From: Fistulifera solaris
Taxonomy: Eukaryota
DNA: 64,000 nucleotides
Direction: 5' to 3'
Assembly: GCA_030295235.1 (NCBI GenBank)
Contig: AP026152.1
Coordinates: 1-64,000, forward strand
Shown here in pieces: positions 38,525 to 49,532 of this stretch; position 1 is the stretch's first letter; every line of letters starts with the position of its first letter. The notes below the pieces were generated by a model. It was not told the origin of the DNA, searched no databases, and saw only the letters and a program-made list of their open reading frames with translations. The position numbers and the translations under genes are program-made.

Positions 38525-39057
38525 GAAGGCCCTAAAAATGAAAGTCTCGTCGCCTCCCTCCATGTCCTACGTTCGTTGCTTGGAACTGTATTCTATTCTT
38601 CAACTTTGCGTGAAGATTCTGTATTCGCTAAACAAGGATTTGTTTGTTCTGATTTGATATTAATCAAACGAACTAAATGTCAAATTAGTCATCGTTCATC
38701 GTTCATCGTTCATCGTCTATCCCGAGTTTCGTTCTGGGAGACACGGGAACGCACCTCTGCTTGGTACATTTTTCTACGGGGGCCTACGTGAGTGTACACT
38801 TTTTCCCGAACCTTCCTGTGATTTTTCACGCGCTGGATTTTAGTCTTGCGTAGTGTCACAGCAGTTTTGACGCGAAATATTTGGACGAATGAGAACCCTC
38901 GTTTATTCATGTCTATCGAATAAAGTGTAAGTTACTGATCCCCGTTTTCTGCGGCTCGTCGAAGAAGAACGCATGCTTTTCGTTCGAAAACAAACAAAAC
39001 GATAACAGATCTCATTCTCATTCTGCCGTTCTATAAACAAACAATAATCAAATAGCC

Positions 39058-39783
39058 ATGATAGAAAGAATACCGTTTGAAGTTCGCTTGCTGTGCTGGG
39101 AGTATTTATCGGTGAAAGACTACGGCTCACTCGCCATGACATGTCGTTCTTTGAAGGACGACCGTCGTCATCTCGATCCGACACGATATGTTTGCATCTC
39201 TTCTCCGACAAACGAAGAAGCTCTCCAGCGCTCGCGCGTTCTGCATCAGAATAGTCCTATTCTCCTTCGACTGGAAACGCAGCTGCCTCGGAAACATGCT
39301 CCACTGATGAACGTCACGGAATTGGAACTAGCGACCGGCATGCCTTTCGTCGTATCCGCCGTTTGCTTTCCCCATGTCACAAAAGTCACTTTATACAACA
39401 ATACACGGTTTCGCGACCACTACAAACTCGGAAAGTTTCTGCAAAATGTGGAGGTTTTGATTGTTCGAGATAATGATTGTTTGCATCTGAATGGGCACGA
39501 TTTGCGAGAATGTCAAGCATTGCATACGTTGATGTTGCAAGACTGCTGTTTACAGAGGACAGAGGTCTCGGAAACACGCTGCAAGCTAGACTTGTTCTCG
39601 TGGATCAAAGCGCCGTTGCGGCACGTCGTCCTGCGCCGTGTTCACTGTCCAGCCATCACACAACATATGCTGATGAACTTTGTGAGGAGGCGACCGCTGT
39701 TGCAGTATTTTGAGAGTGATATGTTGACAGAGGACAACAAGATTCGATTGCGCAATGAATATCCGAACATTCAGATTGTGTAA
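39058..39783 (+). CDS. F-box / LRR-like protein
   Basis: F-box-like N-terminus IPFEVRLLCWEYLSVKDYGSLAMTCRSL; LRR-like LRECQALHTLML. Confidence 0.72.
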   Translation: MIERIPFEVRLLCWEYLSVKDYGSLAMTCRSLKDDRRHLDPTRYVCISSPTNEEALQRSRVLHQNSPILLRLETQLPRKHAPLMNVTELELATGMPFVVSAVCFPHVTKVTLYNNTRFRDHYKLGKFLQNVEVLIVRDNDCLHLNGHDLRECQALHTLMLQDCCLQRTEVSETRCKLDLFSWIKAPLRHVVLRRVHCPAITQHMLMNFVRRRPLLQYFESDMLTEDNKIRLRNEYPNIQIV

Positions 39784-40526
39784 GGCGAGGCATCGCGGTG
39801 ATTGTTCTTCAGTTCGGCTTTCAAAGACAGCACAATGCGACTGTTCTTGTGAGATGATTGAGCTGCATCAAAAGGGTTTGAAGCAGCGTGTTTCCGGCCA
39901 TGGCAGACCAGCAGTTCGCAGATCGACTCGACAGTCACTCGCTTTCTAACCTCATGAAAGTGGCACTTATTGTTCGGCGATCAAGTGATAGTGATTTGTC
40001 ATGAACTGTTGACCATTGTGACTCGGAAATTGTGCCGGAACAATGCCCGGCGTTTGCGAATTGCGAGACAAAGTTCTCGAAGATTCAGAGATGCGATTCT
40101 CTTTGACCATTAATTTCGAAAGAGTAGATCGTTTCTCCATTCGCGTTTTTGCTGCTTACCGATTTGTACGAAGATCGCGATTGGTCAACTACGTATCAAC
40201 TGTCGACACATTGCAATCACAGTTTGCTGCTTATTGCTTTCGAAGAATAGTTCCTTATACCTTATACGAATAACCGATAAATATTAGAAAGCACTACCGA
40301 CTACTGTACCGGTTACCGAATGTTGATATCCGGTATCCGGTACGGTATCCGGAAAAATAAAGACCAGAGATTGCTGGTTACTGGTTACTAATTACTCCGT
40401 ACTTTCAAGTTTGTTTCGTTATCATCTTTCTCTCTTTCTAGACTCTATCGTTTCCGTATCCCGCATCCCGCATCCCATATCGCATCGCAGATTGCTCAGA
40501 GCTCAGAGCCATTCGCCACTCGCCAT

Positions 40527-40808
40527 TGCGTAAACCTACGATGAAGAATGGGTTCACAGAGATTTTATGATTACAAGACTACGGGTTGATAGAAAGGAAT
40601 GAAGAGGCCGACCAGTGAGAGGTCGGGAAGGAACATAGACGAGGTCAAGTGACGCGTCACCTAAGGTCCTTGTTCCTTCGGCTCTAGACCTCGTCTATGT
40701 TCCTTCCCGACCTCTCACTGGTCGGCCTCTTTATTCCTTTTCTATCAACCCGTAGTCTTGTAATCATAAAAATCTCTGTGAACCCATTCTTCATCGTAGG
40801 TTTACGCA
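40527..40808. mobile_element. 282-bp foldback MITE with ~120-bp TIRs, TG..CA termini and 5-bp TSD (GCCAT)
   Basis: Arms 40527-40646 and 40687-40808 are reverse complements apart from 1 substitution and 2 homopolymer length differences. GCCAT lies at 40522-40526 and 40809-40813. Confidence 0.9.
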
Positions 40809-41114
40809 GCCATATGCACCAGTTGGACATCGGTGAGTCAAACGGCGGACAACTGGACTCTCTATAAGACTAGAGACTCTAGAGACTAGAGAGAGATTGT
40901 AATGGTTATTCCTTATTTATTCGTGATCAACTATAAACTATAGCCTTGGTTGATCTCCAACACACATACAAAAGCCCCTTATCTCACTTGTTGCTGACTA
41001 CCTTTTTTCGCCCCAATCCACTTTAAACGCTACTACTACGTAAATAATGACACTACTACGTATGAACAAACAAACAACAAAGCGGGAACGAGGGATAAAA
41101 TGTTTGGTCGTTCG

Positions 41115-41704
41115 TAGGGTCCCGACAAGGTTGTACCCGTCCATGACTGTTCCCCCGTCCGGAAGGGTGGAAGGCTTCGATGGAAGGGTGGGTCGGCAAG
41201 ACCCGTCCATGGAAGGGTACCCGCACGCATCGTCGTCCTGACACTTGGAGGAGATAGAAGATATAAAGATATTATGCATTAACTGCGCCAAAGGGCGGAG
41301 GCAAACGTCAACTTGAACAAATACTTTCTTCGGGTGGTTTCATGTAATCATTTTTCTCCAACATCCAACGTCACGAAAAGCATATTCAAATTATTGTCCC
41401 ATGGTCTCAACCCACGATCGTCAGCAGAACAGTCATCTCAGTGATAAGCGATGTCTATTTGAGAATAATAGTTGCAGGCTTCTGCTCTATTAGTAGCCTA
41501 GCTTATAAGGATTAATTGTTTTTTGGATAGTGTTTTTTTAAATTCGCTGCGGCTGGCTACGTTGGCTCCACGAAGGGTTGAGTCCCGCTGTCGGGGGACG
41601 AGCGGGACTGGAACCCTTCCGTGGGACGGACCCAGACGGGTATGGAGGGCCTTCGGACCCTGTCCGTGGGACGGGGGCAAAATTTCAACCCGGTCGGAAC
41701 CCTA
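41115..41704. mobile_element. 590-bp non-autonomous hAT-type DNA transposon
   Basis: TIRs TAGGGTCCCGACAAGGTTG and CAACCCGGTCGGAACCCTA (16/19 match); exact 8-bp TSD GTCGTTCG at 41107-41114 and 41705-41712; subterminal CCGTCC/GGACGG repeats. Confidence 0.88.
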
Positions 41705-42146
41705 GTCGTTCGTCCTTATGATATCTTCCGTAAGCCAATCAAAACGGGCCAGATCGAGAACATTAAGCGCGACACAAGACGTCGGCAAAGAATTCCATTC
41801 CCAATAACCAACAAATCAGCGTGCAATGACCAATGACTATAGACGCTTGTGTAGCCCTTTCTCTTTCTCCGCGAAATGCTTCTTAGTCTCAATTCTATAG
41901 TACGTATTTGTTGCTGGAGCAGTTTGGACTTCGGACTTCGGACGTTGGGAGTTGGGAACTTTTTACTGTTCTTGCTAAATTTCTGCGTCACCACGTGGAT
42001 TTTCCGCGCGATGCCGAATGCCGGCGACGCTTTTGATTCCTCTTCCACAAACACCAAAACCAAATCGCATTCTCCCATCTGCCCTTTAGCTTGCTTGCTG
42101 TCCTGTCACAGCTTCTTCATCTTTCATGCCAAGAAATCAATCGATC

Positions 42147-42382
42147 ATGAATTGCTCCCACGATACTCGAAACATCCAACCAGTCCCCGCCACATCCGTC
42201 GCCACACTTCTGTCGTTGCGAAATTCTAGTCACCCCCACCGAGCTCTACCGACCGACGACTCCAGCGTGAACAGCTGGCTTCCATTTTACAAGAAGCCCT
42301 TGATCTTGTGAATGATACGGAGCAATATCTGTCTAGAACTTCGGCCCAGGAGCAAGAATTGCAGAGTCGTACCCTTCAATGA
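42147..42382 (+). CDS. Microprotein (~78 aa) with an LxSxLQEALD motif; one frameshift
   Basis: MNCSHDTRN..., then after a frameshift RRLQREQLASILQEALDLVNDTEQYL...TLQ*; similar to 45501-45734. Confidence 0.6.
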
Positions 42383-42839
42383 ATGTCATACGTCATCTTC
42401 TTTGGGGCTCCCTGAACAAGCAACCTTTATTTTGAAGCAAAAGCAATGGACTTGTTGGTGAAACGATAGCCCTACTAGCGAATACCGAGCAGTGTAGAAA
42501 GTGCCGTGATTAAGGAGCCATGTTTCGTTAAAGCCACTCCTTTCTTTATAGTTTATATGACTTCTTTTCTATGCTACCTGCTACCCCCGAAATTTGGTTT
42601 GCTTCAACAAAACCACTTGCTTCTTAGTTTTACTATGGAGACCCAAAGATCACCGCTCTAGGCACAGAGAAGCTCTTGTTCATGAAGTGAAGCCCAAGTG
42701 AAGCCGCAAGCGGCCCATGGCCCATGACTAATATCCAGTCGTGAGAGAAAATTGGCCTGGCCACACCCGTTTACGTACTGGAAAGACCAGACTATAGTCT
42801 AGGCCTCGAAAGAGAAATATCGTAGACATGAGCACATTC

Positions 42840-44340
42840 ATTCTGTAGGATCGAGCAACCTGGTCCAGAATTTCAGGACCACAACAGAATTTCTGTATGA
42901 TGAGAAATAACTTGTCCAGAATTTCTGGAATGTTCAAATTATTTCGCTATGATCAAAACTCGGTTTCCAGTATTTCTGGAACGCGCATTTTCTTTCGTTA
43001 TGATCCCATACAACGTGGCCAGAGTTTCTCGAACCTGCACAATTATTCTGCAGGATCGAAAATCCTGGTCCAGATTTTCTGGACCACAACAGAATTTCTG
43101 TATGATGAGAAATAAAATGTCCAGAATTTCTGGAATGTTCAAATTATTTCGCTATGATCAAAACTCGGTTTCCAGTATTTCTGGAACGCGCATTTTCTTT
43201 CGTTATGATCCCATACAACGTGGCCAGAGTTTCTCGAACCTGCACAATTATTCTGCAGGATCGAAAATCCTGGTCCAGATTTTCTGGACAACAACAGAAT
43301 TTCTGTATGATGAGAAATAAATTGTCCAGAATTTCTGGAATGTTCAAATTATTTCGCTATGATCAAAAACGGTTTCCAGTATTTCTGGAACGCGCATTTT
43401 CTTTCGTTATGATCCCATACAACGTGGCCAGAGTTTCTCGAACCTGCACAATTATTCTGCAGGATCGAAAATCATGGTCCAGATTTTCTGGACCACAACA
43501 GAATTTCTGTATGATGAGAAATAACTTGTCCAGAATTTCTGGAATGTTCAAATGCTTTCGCTATGATCAAAACACGATTTCCAGAATTTCAGGAACGCGC
43601 ATTTTCTTTCGTTATGATCCCATCCAACTTGGCCAGAGTTTCTCGAACCTGCACAATTATTCTGTAGGATCGAATATCCTGGTCCAGAATTTCTGGACCA
43701 CAACAGAATTTCTGTATGATGAGAAATAACTTGTCCAGAATTTCTGGAATGTACAAATGCTTTCGTTTTGATCAAAACACGGTTTACATAATTTCTGGAA
43801 CGAGCATTTTCTTTCGTAAGATCCCATCCAACGTGGCCAGAGTTTCTCGAACCTGCACAATTATTCTGCAGGATCGAAAATCATGGTCCAGATTTTCTGG
43901 ACCACAACAGAATTTCTGTATGATGAGAAATAACTTGTCCAGAATTTCTGGAATGTTCAAATTATTTCGCTATGATCAAAAAACGGTTTCCAGTATTTCT
44001 GGAACGCGCATTTTCTTTCGTTATGATCCCATCCAGCTTGGCCAGAGTTTCTCGAACCTGCACAATTATTCTGTAGGATCGAATATCCTGGTCCAGAATT
44101 TCTGGACCACAACAGAATTTCTGTATGATGAGAAATAACTTGTCCAGAATTTCTGGAATGTACAAATGCTTTCGTTTTGATCAAAACACGGTTTACATAA
44201 TTTCTGGAACGAGCATTTTCTTTCGTAAGATCCCATCCAACGTGGCCAGAGTTTCTCGAACCTGCACAATTATTCTGCAGGATCGAAAATCATGGTCCAC
44301 AAATTCTGGACCACCACAGAATTTCTGTATGATGAGAGAT
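42840..44340. repeat. Satellite family C: about seven tandem 204-205-bp units with a 409-bp dimeric higher-order repeat
   Basis: Repeated ORFs at 42949/43154 (205-bp period) and 43716/44125 (409-bp period); each unit has about five CCAGAWTTTCTGG-like palindromes. Confidence 0.96.
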
Positions 44341-45500
44341 AACGAAAGATGCTTTTTTGAAAACAGAACGGAGGGGCGAGGTTCGATACGGTGGTTGGTC
44401 GATCTTGGCGCCCAGCGCCGTAGATGAGAGTCTTGAAACGATCGGTGGTCCCCGGTCGTGTCTGAATCAGACAGGAGCCCCTCTGCTCATGCGTGACCTG
44501 GCAGCGGTTCGGTGTTCGGTGGAGTTCATCCATTGCACACTGGGTTAGTTTTGTTTCTCTAACTTGTATTAGGGTTTCGGTTCTTTTGTAGGGATAGGAC
44601 GTAAGCATAGTAAATTTTAGCCATTTTTGTACCAAATCGATACAGGTTTGACTATAGGTTTCTATTTGTTAAAGCCTAATGGGAAAGGAGCGTTTTCTGG
44701 TACAGTGTTTTCCCGAGAAACCTGCTTCTGAAATCAGGCCAATCAGTTGCGCGCTCAAAATATCGCTTGTCTTTGTGAAAGGGGTGTCATAGCAGAAGAG
44801 GGCGTGAGCAGTGAACAAAGCCTTGAACCTCTCTCTAGACTCTAGATCTGATGCAATGGCAAAGAGGATGACTCGTGATTCGTTTTTTAAAACCACCCAA
44901 TGGTCATCGAAAAAAATCGCTACACTTTCAAACTGCAACCTTGAACTTCCCCAAGGCTCAAAACTAAAAAGTCAAAAGGGCAGCTGGCTGCTAACGGAAA
45001 GGGTACAAGCACAGGTAATGGGTATTTACCGTAACACCGTAACGTAGGACGCCCGACGCCCTTTACCCTTTACTCTTTACTTCTAACTTCTACTTTCTAA
45101 AAAGTGTCTTGTCGCTATTATTGACGCTCGAGCTTGGCAGCTGGCAGCTGTTCGCTGTTCGCTGTTCGGGACCCCGAACCCGAACACTGTCGTGATCTAC
45201 CCGATTTCTGGCGGCACTTGTTCTATGGCAGCTGTCTTTGGGTCTTTTGACATTTTACTTATGCTTTATTGTACTTTGATGTAGATACAAGCTGAAACAG
45301 TGAAGGTTTGCCGAGTGCCCCGCGGCCCCGCGCCACGCCCTTTACTTTCGGTATATGGCGACACTCACGGCAAAAGTTGCAGTGACGCGTTTTCTCTCGC
45401 ATTATTTCTGGTGAAGGCGGTTCTCCGCCCCATCGAAACATAACTCTTTGACCTATCTCCAATTATTCCTTCTTCCTTGGATAATCCGTTTCTCTTCACC

Positions 45501-45734
45501 ATGAGATGCTCGTTCGAAACACAAGGTAATTCTTCGTCAAACATCGACACTAATACGTCGCTACGAACGGCAGTGCCTGCGTCGAGTCATTCTCTTTCTC
45601 GTCCACCGCGCGTGATATCTTCCCCGAGAAGCCGCCGTGCACATTTGGTATCGGTCTTACAAGAAGCTTTGGACATCATTGCAGATATGGATGAATGCAT
45701 TGCCTCCGACGATGGTGTTCCTCTTTCACAATAA
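45501..45734 (+). CDS. Microprotein (77 aa) with an LxSxLQEALD motif
   Basis: MRCSFETQGN...RSRRAHLVSVLQEALDIIADMDEC...LSQ*; intact ORF. Confidence 0.68.
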   Translation: MRCSFETQGNSSSNIDTNTSLRTAVPASSHSLSRPPRVISSPRSRRAHLVSVLQEALDIIADMDECIASDDGVPLSQ

Positions 45735-46309
45735 GAGGCTTTCGCCGGCTACCACCGATAATTACGTTATCGATTACTTTCTTTTTTGAACCACAAAGAT
45801 TGCACACGACGACACACGAAATGATTTTGTTAAGAAACCTTTATTTAATTAACGAATTCTTAATTAAATTACCTCAAACAAGTATTTCGTCGTGATATCT
45901 TGCGCACACCGCCTTGGGCTGCCGATTCTAATGACGATTCCTCTCGAGGAGCGACGGCGTGTTGACATCCCTCCGGCCTCCGGCGCCACCTTCCCTCATC
46001 CTAAAGGGCCATGTTCTATCTTTCACGGTGGTACGACCTAGTCTTTCATCATTCTTTTTCAAGTCAGCGCTCATTCTGTCACATGTTTCATGGAGTGTCA
46101 AGGGTGTCAATCAAAATCCAGAATAAAGATCGCTCGCCGAGCGTGACTGAATTTTCCGCCCGTGACTAAAGCAGATCTTCTTTTCTTCATCGCACAACAG
46201 AAAGCATTCTTTTTCGAGCCGTCCCCTTCTTTTGACCATGATGCGACGTAAACATCCTCCCAAACAACACCTTCTTCTCACGAACACAGATACTTTGATT
46301 ACAAGAAGC

Positions 46310-47633
46310 ATGCAGCGCCGATTCCCCCGTTGGTACCGCACACCGCGCACACAAACACTTGTCTTGGGGCTCGTCTTTTTCAAGTCTTTACCGCATATAC
46401 AACCATTCAATTCTATGCCTCGTCGAATTACGGTCCCGAACTCGCCAGTCGCATCGTCAGTACGTTGTATGTCACGTTTACGATCGGTTGTTTGGTGGCA
46501 CCGACGTGGACGAATCAATGGGGCGCGCCAGCGGCGGTGACCTTCGGTATTCTCGGATACGCGGTGCTGGTCATGACGAGTTTACTGTATTTTCAATTTC
46601 CGCAACATGCAGGGGTCGTCATTGGGGGAGGAGCCGTGTTGGGTTTCGGGGCATCCCTGCTCTGGACAGGGCAAGGACGTTTGTTGTTGGCGTATGCCCA
46701 GAATGATGCGAGTTTGTTGGGGTTGTTTTGGTCGGTCTTTCAATGCAGTGCCGTGACAGGCGGCTTGCTGAGTTTTCTGTATTATGGAAGAGAAACGATT
46801 GCGAACAATGCGGGATTGTACCTTATTTTCTTGGGCTTTATTCTTATGGGAGCACTCGCATCGCATTTTCTACTGATACCGCCCCGAGAGTTGTATCGAT
46901 TACCGAAACAAGAAGAATCTGTTGACTCGATGGAAGAAACAACGAGTCTAGTAGTCAATCAATCCAACTATCGAAACAATGAAGAGTCGCCGGAAGACGT
47001 TAGTCAGCATTCCTGGTGGTACGAAACACGTGAAACGTTACGAATGTTTTCGTCATCGACCATGCTATGGCTCGGTCCCTTATTCTTTTATACCGGATTC
47101 AATCAGCCCTATCAGCAAGCAACGTTCGGTAATCGAATGGTAAGCAAACGTACGATTGGATTGGAATTGATCGTATTTCATAGCATGGAAATATTAGGTG
47201 GTTTTGTGGGAGGAAAATTGTTGAAATCTCGAACGACGGCTCTCTATTGTTGGGCATTGTTTGGGATTATGATCATATCCGGTAATGCGCTGGCGCTCTT
47301 TGTCGAACTTTATCCATCCGTCGCTGCCGTCGACGTGGCGGACGGATGGGCAGTGCTGTTGCCATCCTTGGCGTTTGCGTCTTGGGGTTTGGCGGACGCA
47401 CAAATCAACCTTACATTCTGTGGTTGTTGGGACACTGGTATGCCGATTCCGAGCGGAGTCGCGCTATTGGCTTTTACAAATGCCTACAATCGTTGGGATA
47501 TTCCTTGGGCTTCTGGTGTATGCCAACGTCGCGCATGTCCGCGTTGCATCAATGGATACTATCCTCTAGTTTATTCGTCATAGGGTCCGTCATGTCCTTG
47601 CGGAAACTGCCCAAACGTAGTACATCGGAGTAA
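46310..47633 (+). CDS. UNC93-like MFS membrane protein
   Basis: Many TM helices; GFGASLLWTGQG, GLFWSVFQ, PLFFYTGF and GFYKCLQSLG; frameshifts at ~46380 and ~47415. Confidence 0.86.
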
Positions 47634-48021
47634 ACTAGACTTGTAGATTATAATAGTGTGGTCTTGTGGCACGAAAACGAAGTAAAGAGACTCGGACGAG
47701 CTAAATGAAGAAAAAAGTGATGCCATTATTTGCGAAATCGGTCACGCTTTAGCAAAGTTCTCTAAATAATGAGTGCCGGAACAATCACAGTGTCAATCAA
47801 TGTGTTGTCTTATGTGCTGGCTGGCGTTAACTGAAATCTCACGGCCTAAGTAAACTGTCTGACGGGCGCGCGCCGTTGCACAATACGGAGTTGATCGCCT
47901 ACCGAAGCTGTTTGTTTGTTTGCATCTCCGTTTCTTCGTTATAGCGACAACAAAGAATACCTGGTAATCATCTCCTTCCTTCTGTTCTATTCATTCAGCG
48001 ATTTCAAACAATCTCTACACC

Positions 48022-48606
48022 ATGATGAAATCAACTCAAAGCCAAGTAGAAGATGCGTTCGCTGGCCATCAAGAGGAAAAGTCGGAAAAGGATGTAGGCG
48101 TCTCACCGGTCCGAAACGGCCCCGTTGGCTGCTACCTTGTCTACGAACCTTCGTCCGGCGGTCGTCTTATGAATGAATACAGCAAAGGCCCCATACCGAG
48201 CAACGCCGTAGGATTTTGGTGTACCGATGAGCCCATTCAAGAGTTTAAGTTCAAAGTAGCCGGCGGCCGCAGCGAATTGATCAAAGGAATCGCGGGTGGT
48301 GATTCGAATCGCCGTAAATACTTTACCGGCTGGTGCTTGTTTTTGAAAGCTGCCAAGGCAAAGAAAGCCAAAGTGATTCAATTCATTCCAGAGTCGCAGG
48401 GCGTACCAGTGGATGTGTATGGGTATCATCAAAAGTTGAATCAACCCGTCTTGTTGGAATTGGAGGAAGCCTTGACCGATGTGAGTGATTTGGATGCGGT
48501 TGCTGTCATGCCCCGGCATCATGAGTTCATGAGAGGTGTCAAGTCGATTGCTTTGAGTAACTTTTTGGAACTGGGAAATCTAGCGGGCGCATCGACGCGA
48601 TTGTAA
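48022..48606 (+). CDS. Hypothetical protein (194 aa)
   Basis: Intact ORF with globular-looking composition; no family recognised. Confidence 0.65.
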   Translation: MMKSTQSQVEDAFAGHQEEKSEKDVGVSPVRNGPVGCYLVYEPSSGGRLMNEYSKGPIPSNAVGFWCTDEPIQEFKFKVAGGRSELIKGIAGGDSNRRKYFTGWCLFLKAAKAKKAKVIQFIPESQGVPVDVYGYHQKLNQPVLLELEEALTDVSDLDAVAVMPRHHEFMRGVKSIALSNFLELGNLAGASTRL

Positions 48607-48809
48607 CCGATGTTTTGTCCTGAAAAATGGATCCGAAGTGCGTGCACGAGAGTAAATCATTGATGCACGGATGATGATGCATGAAATACCATACATACAA
48701 CGAATCTGTGACACACTTTAACGTGTCTAGTAACAGAAGTTAAACCAATATTAACGCGACGAAGCATAAAATACGTTCTCGCTTAGCTGCTATCCTTATT
48801 CTCGCTCTT

Positions 48810-49532
48810 TTAGATCTCAACATTGGTGATGGTTTGAGTTTCGACCTGAGAAACTCCATCAATGGCCTTGATCTTGGCCAAAAGTCGGCTTCAGGTCCGT
48901 GGCCCTTCTCCGACCAAGGACCGTACTCCTCAAGAGGAACTGCAACGATTAAACAAATAAAAATACAGCGTCAGGGCCTTTGCTTCTGTCAACACACATG
49001 GTAGCTGCAAAACTTGCACGTACCAGTAATCATGAGCTAAACAATAAATATCAAGAAGAAGATTAATTCACGATTCAGAGTGGGTTAGTAAAAAGGACAG
49101 TGGATAGTTGCGAGAGCCTATTTTCTCCATAGAGCAATACAATGAAATGAACTTACTTTGAAGTCAAGACAAGATCCGCAGACCAGACGATTGACGGTAA
49201 CATCCTTGCTAATCGACTTGATTTCGGGCAGGTACTCGTCCACGACTTTGGCGATCGCTTCCAACGACTTGGAAGTGGCCTTATCTCCTTCGTACTTGCA
49301 ACGCCATTCTCGGCAGACGCGGTCAAAGCTCATGGCGCCATTGGCGAGAGGAACTGCTTCGAACAACGCAGTCGAAGAGGAGGCACGTGTAGAAGGAGCA
49401 GCCGGGGAGAATGCCTAAAAAAGGAATCGTGAGATGCGTTTCAATGCAAACCGTGGGTACATCCGCCGCCAGCAGTCATCAACCTACCGAAGCCGCAGAA
49501 ACGAGAGTCAAGAGAACAGCAGAGACTTTCAT
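48810..49532 (-). CDS. Small plastid-targeted protein with a CxxC motif (4 exons)
   Basis: Exons 49532-49488, 49414-49157, 49036-49024 and 48939-48810, all with GT-AG introns. [19 protein letters not shown] fits ASAFAP; REWRCKY and VCGSCLDFK; one frameshift in the last exon. Confidence 0.85.

Noticed and set aside
42840..44340. Centromere call for the satellite region
   Set aside because: The array is only 1.5 kb and sequence alone cannot establish centromere function; CENH3 data would be needed.
42728..44427. Numerous repeated ORFs in satellites C, D and A
   Set aside because: Main periods (205, 409, 310, 424) are not multiples of three and ORFs appear in several frames on both strands; they are by-products of the repeats.
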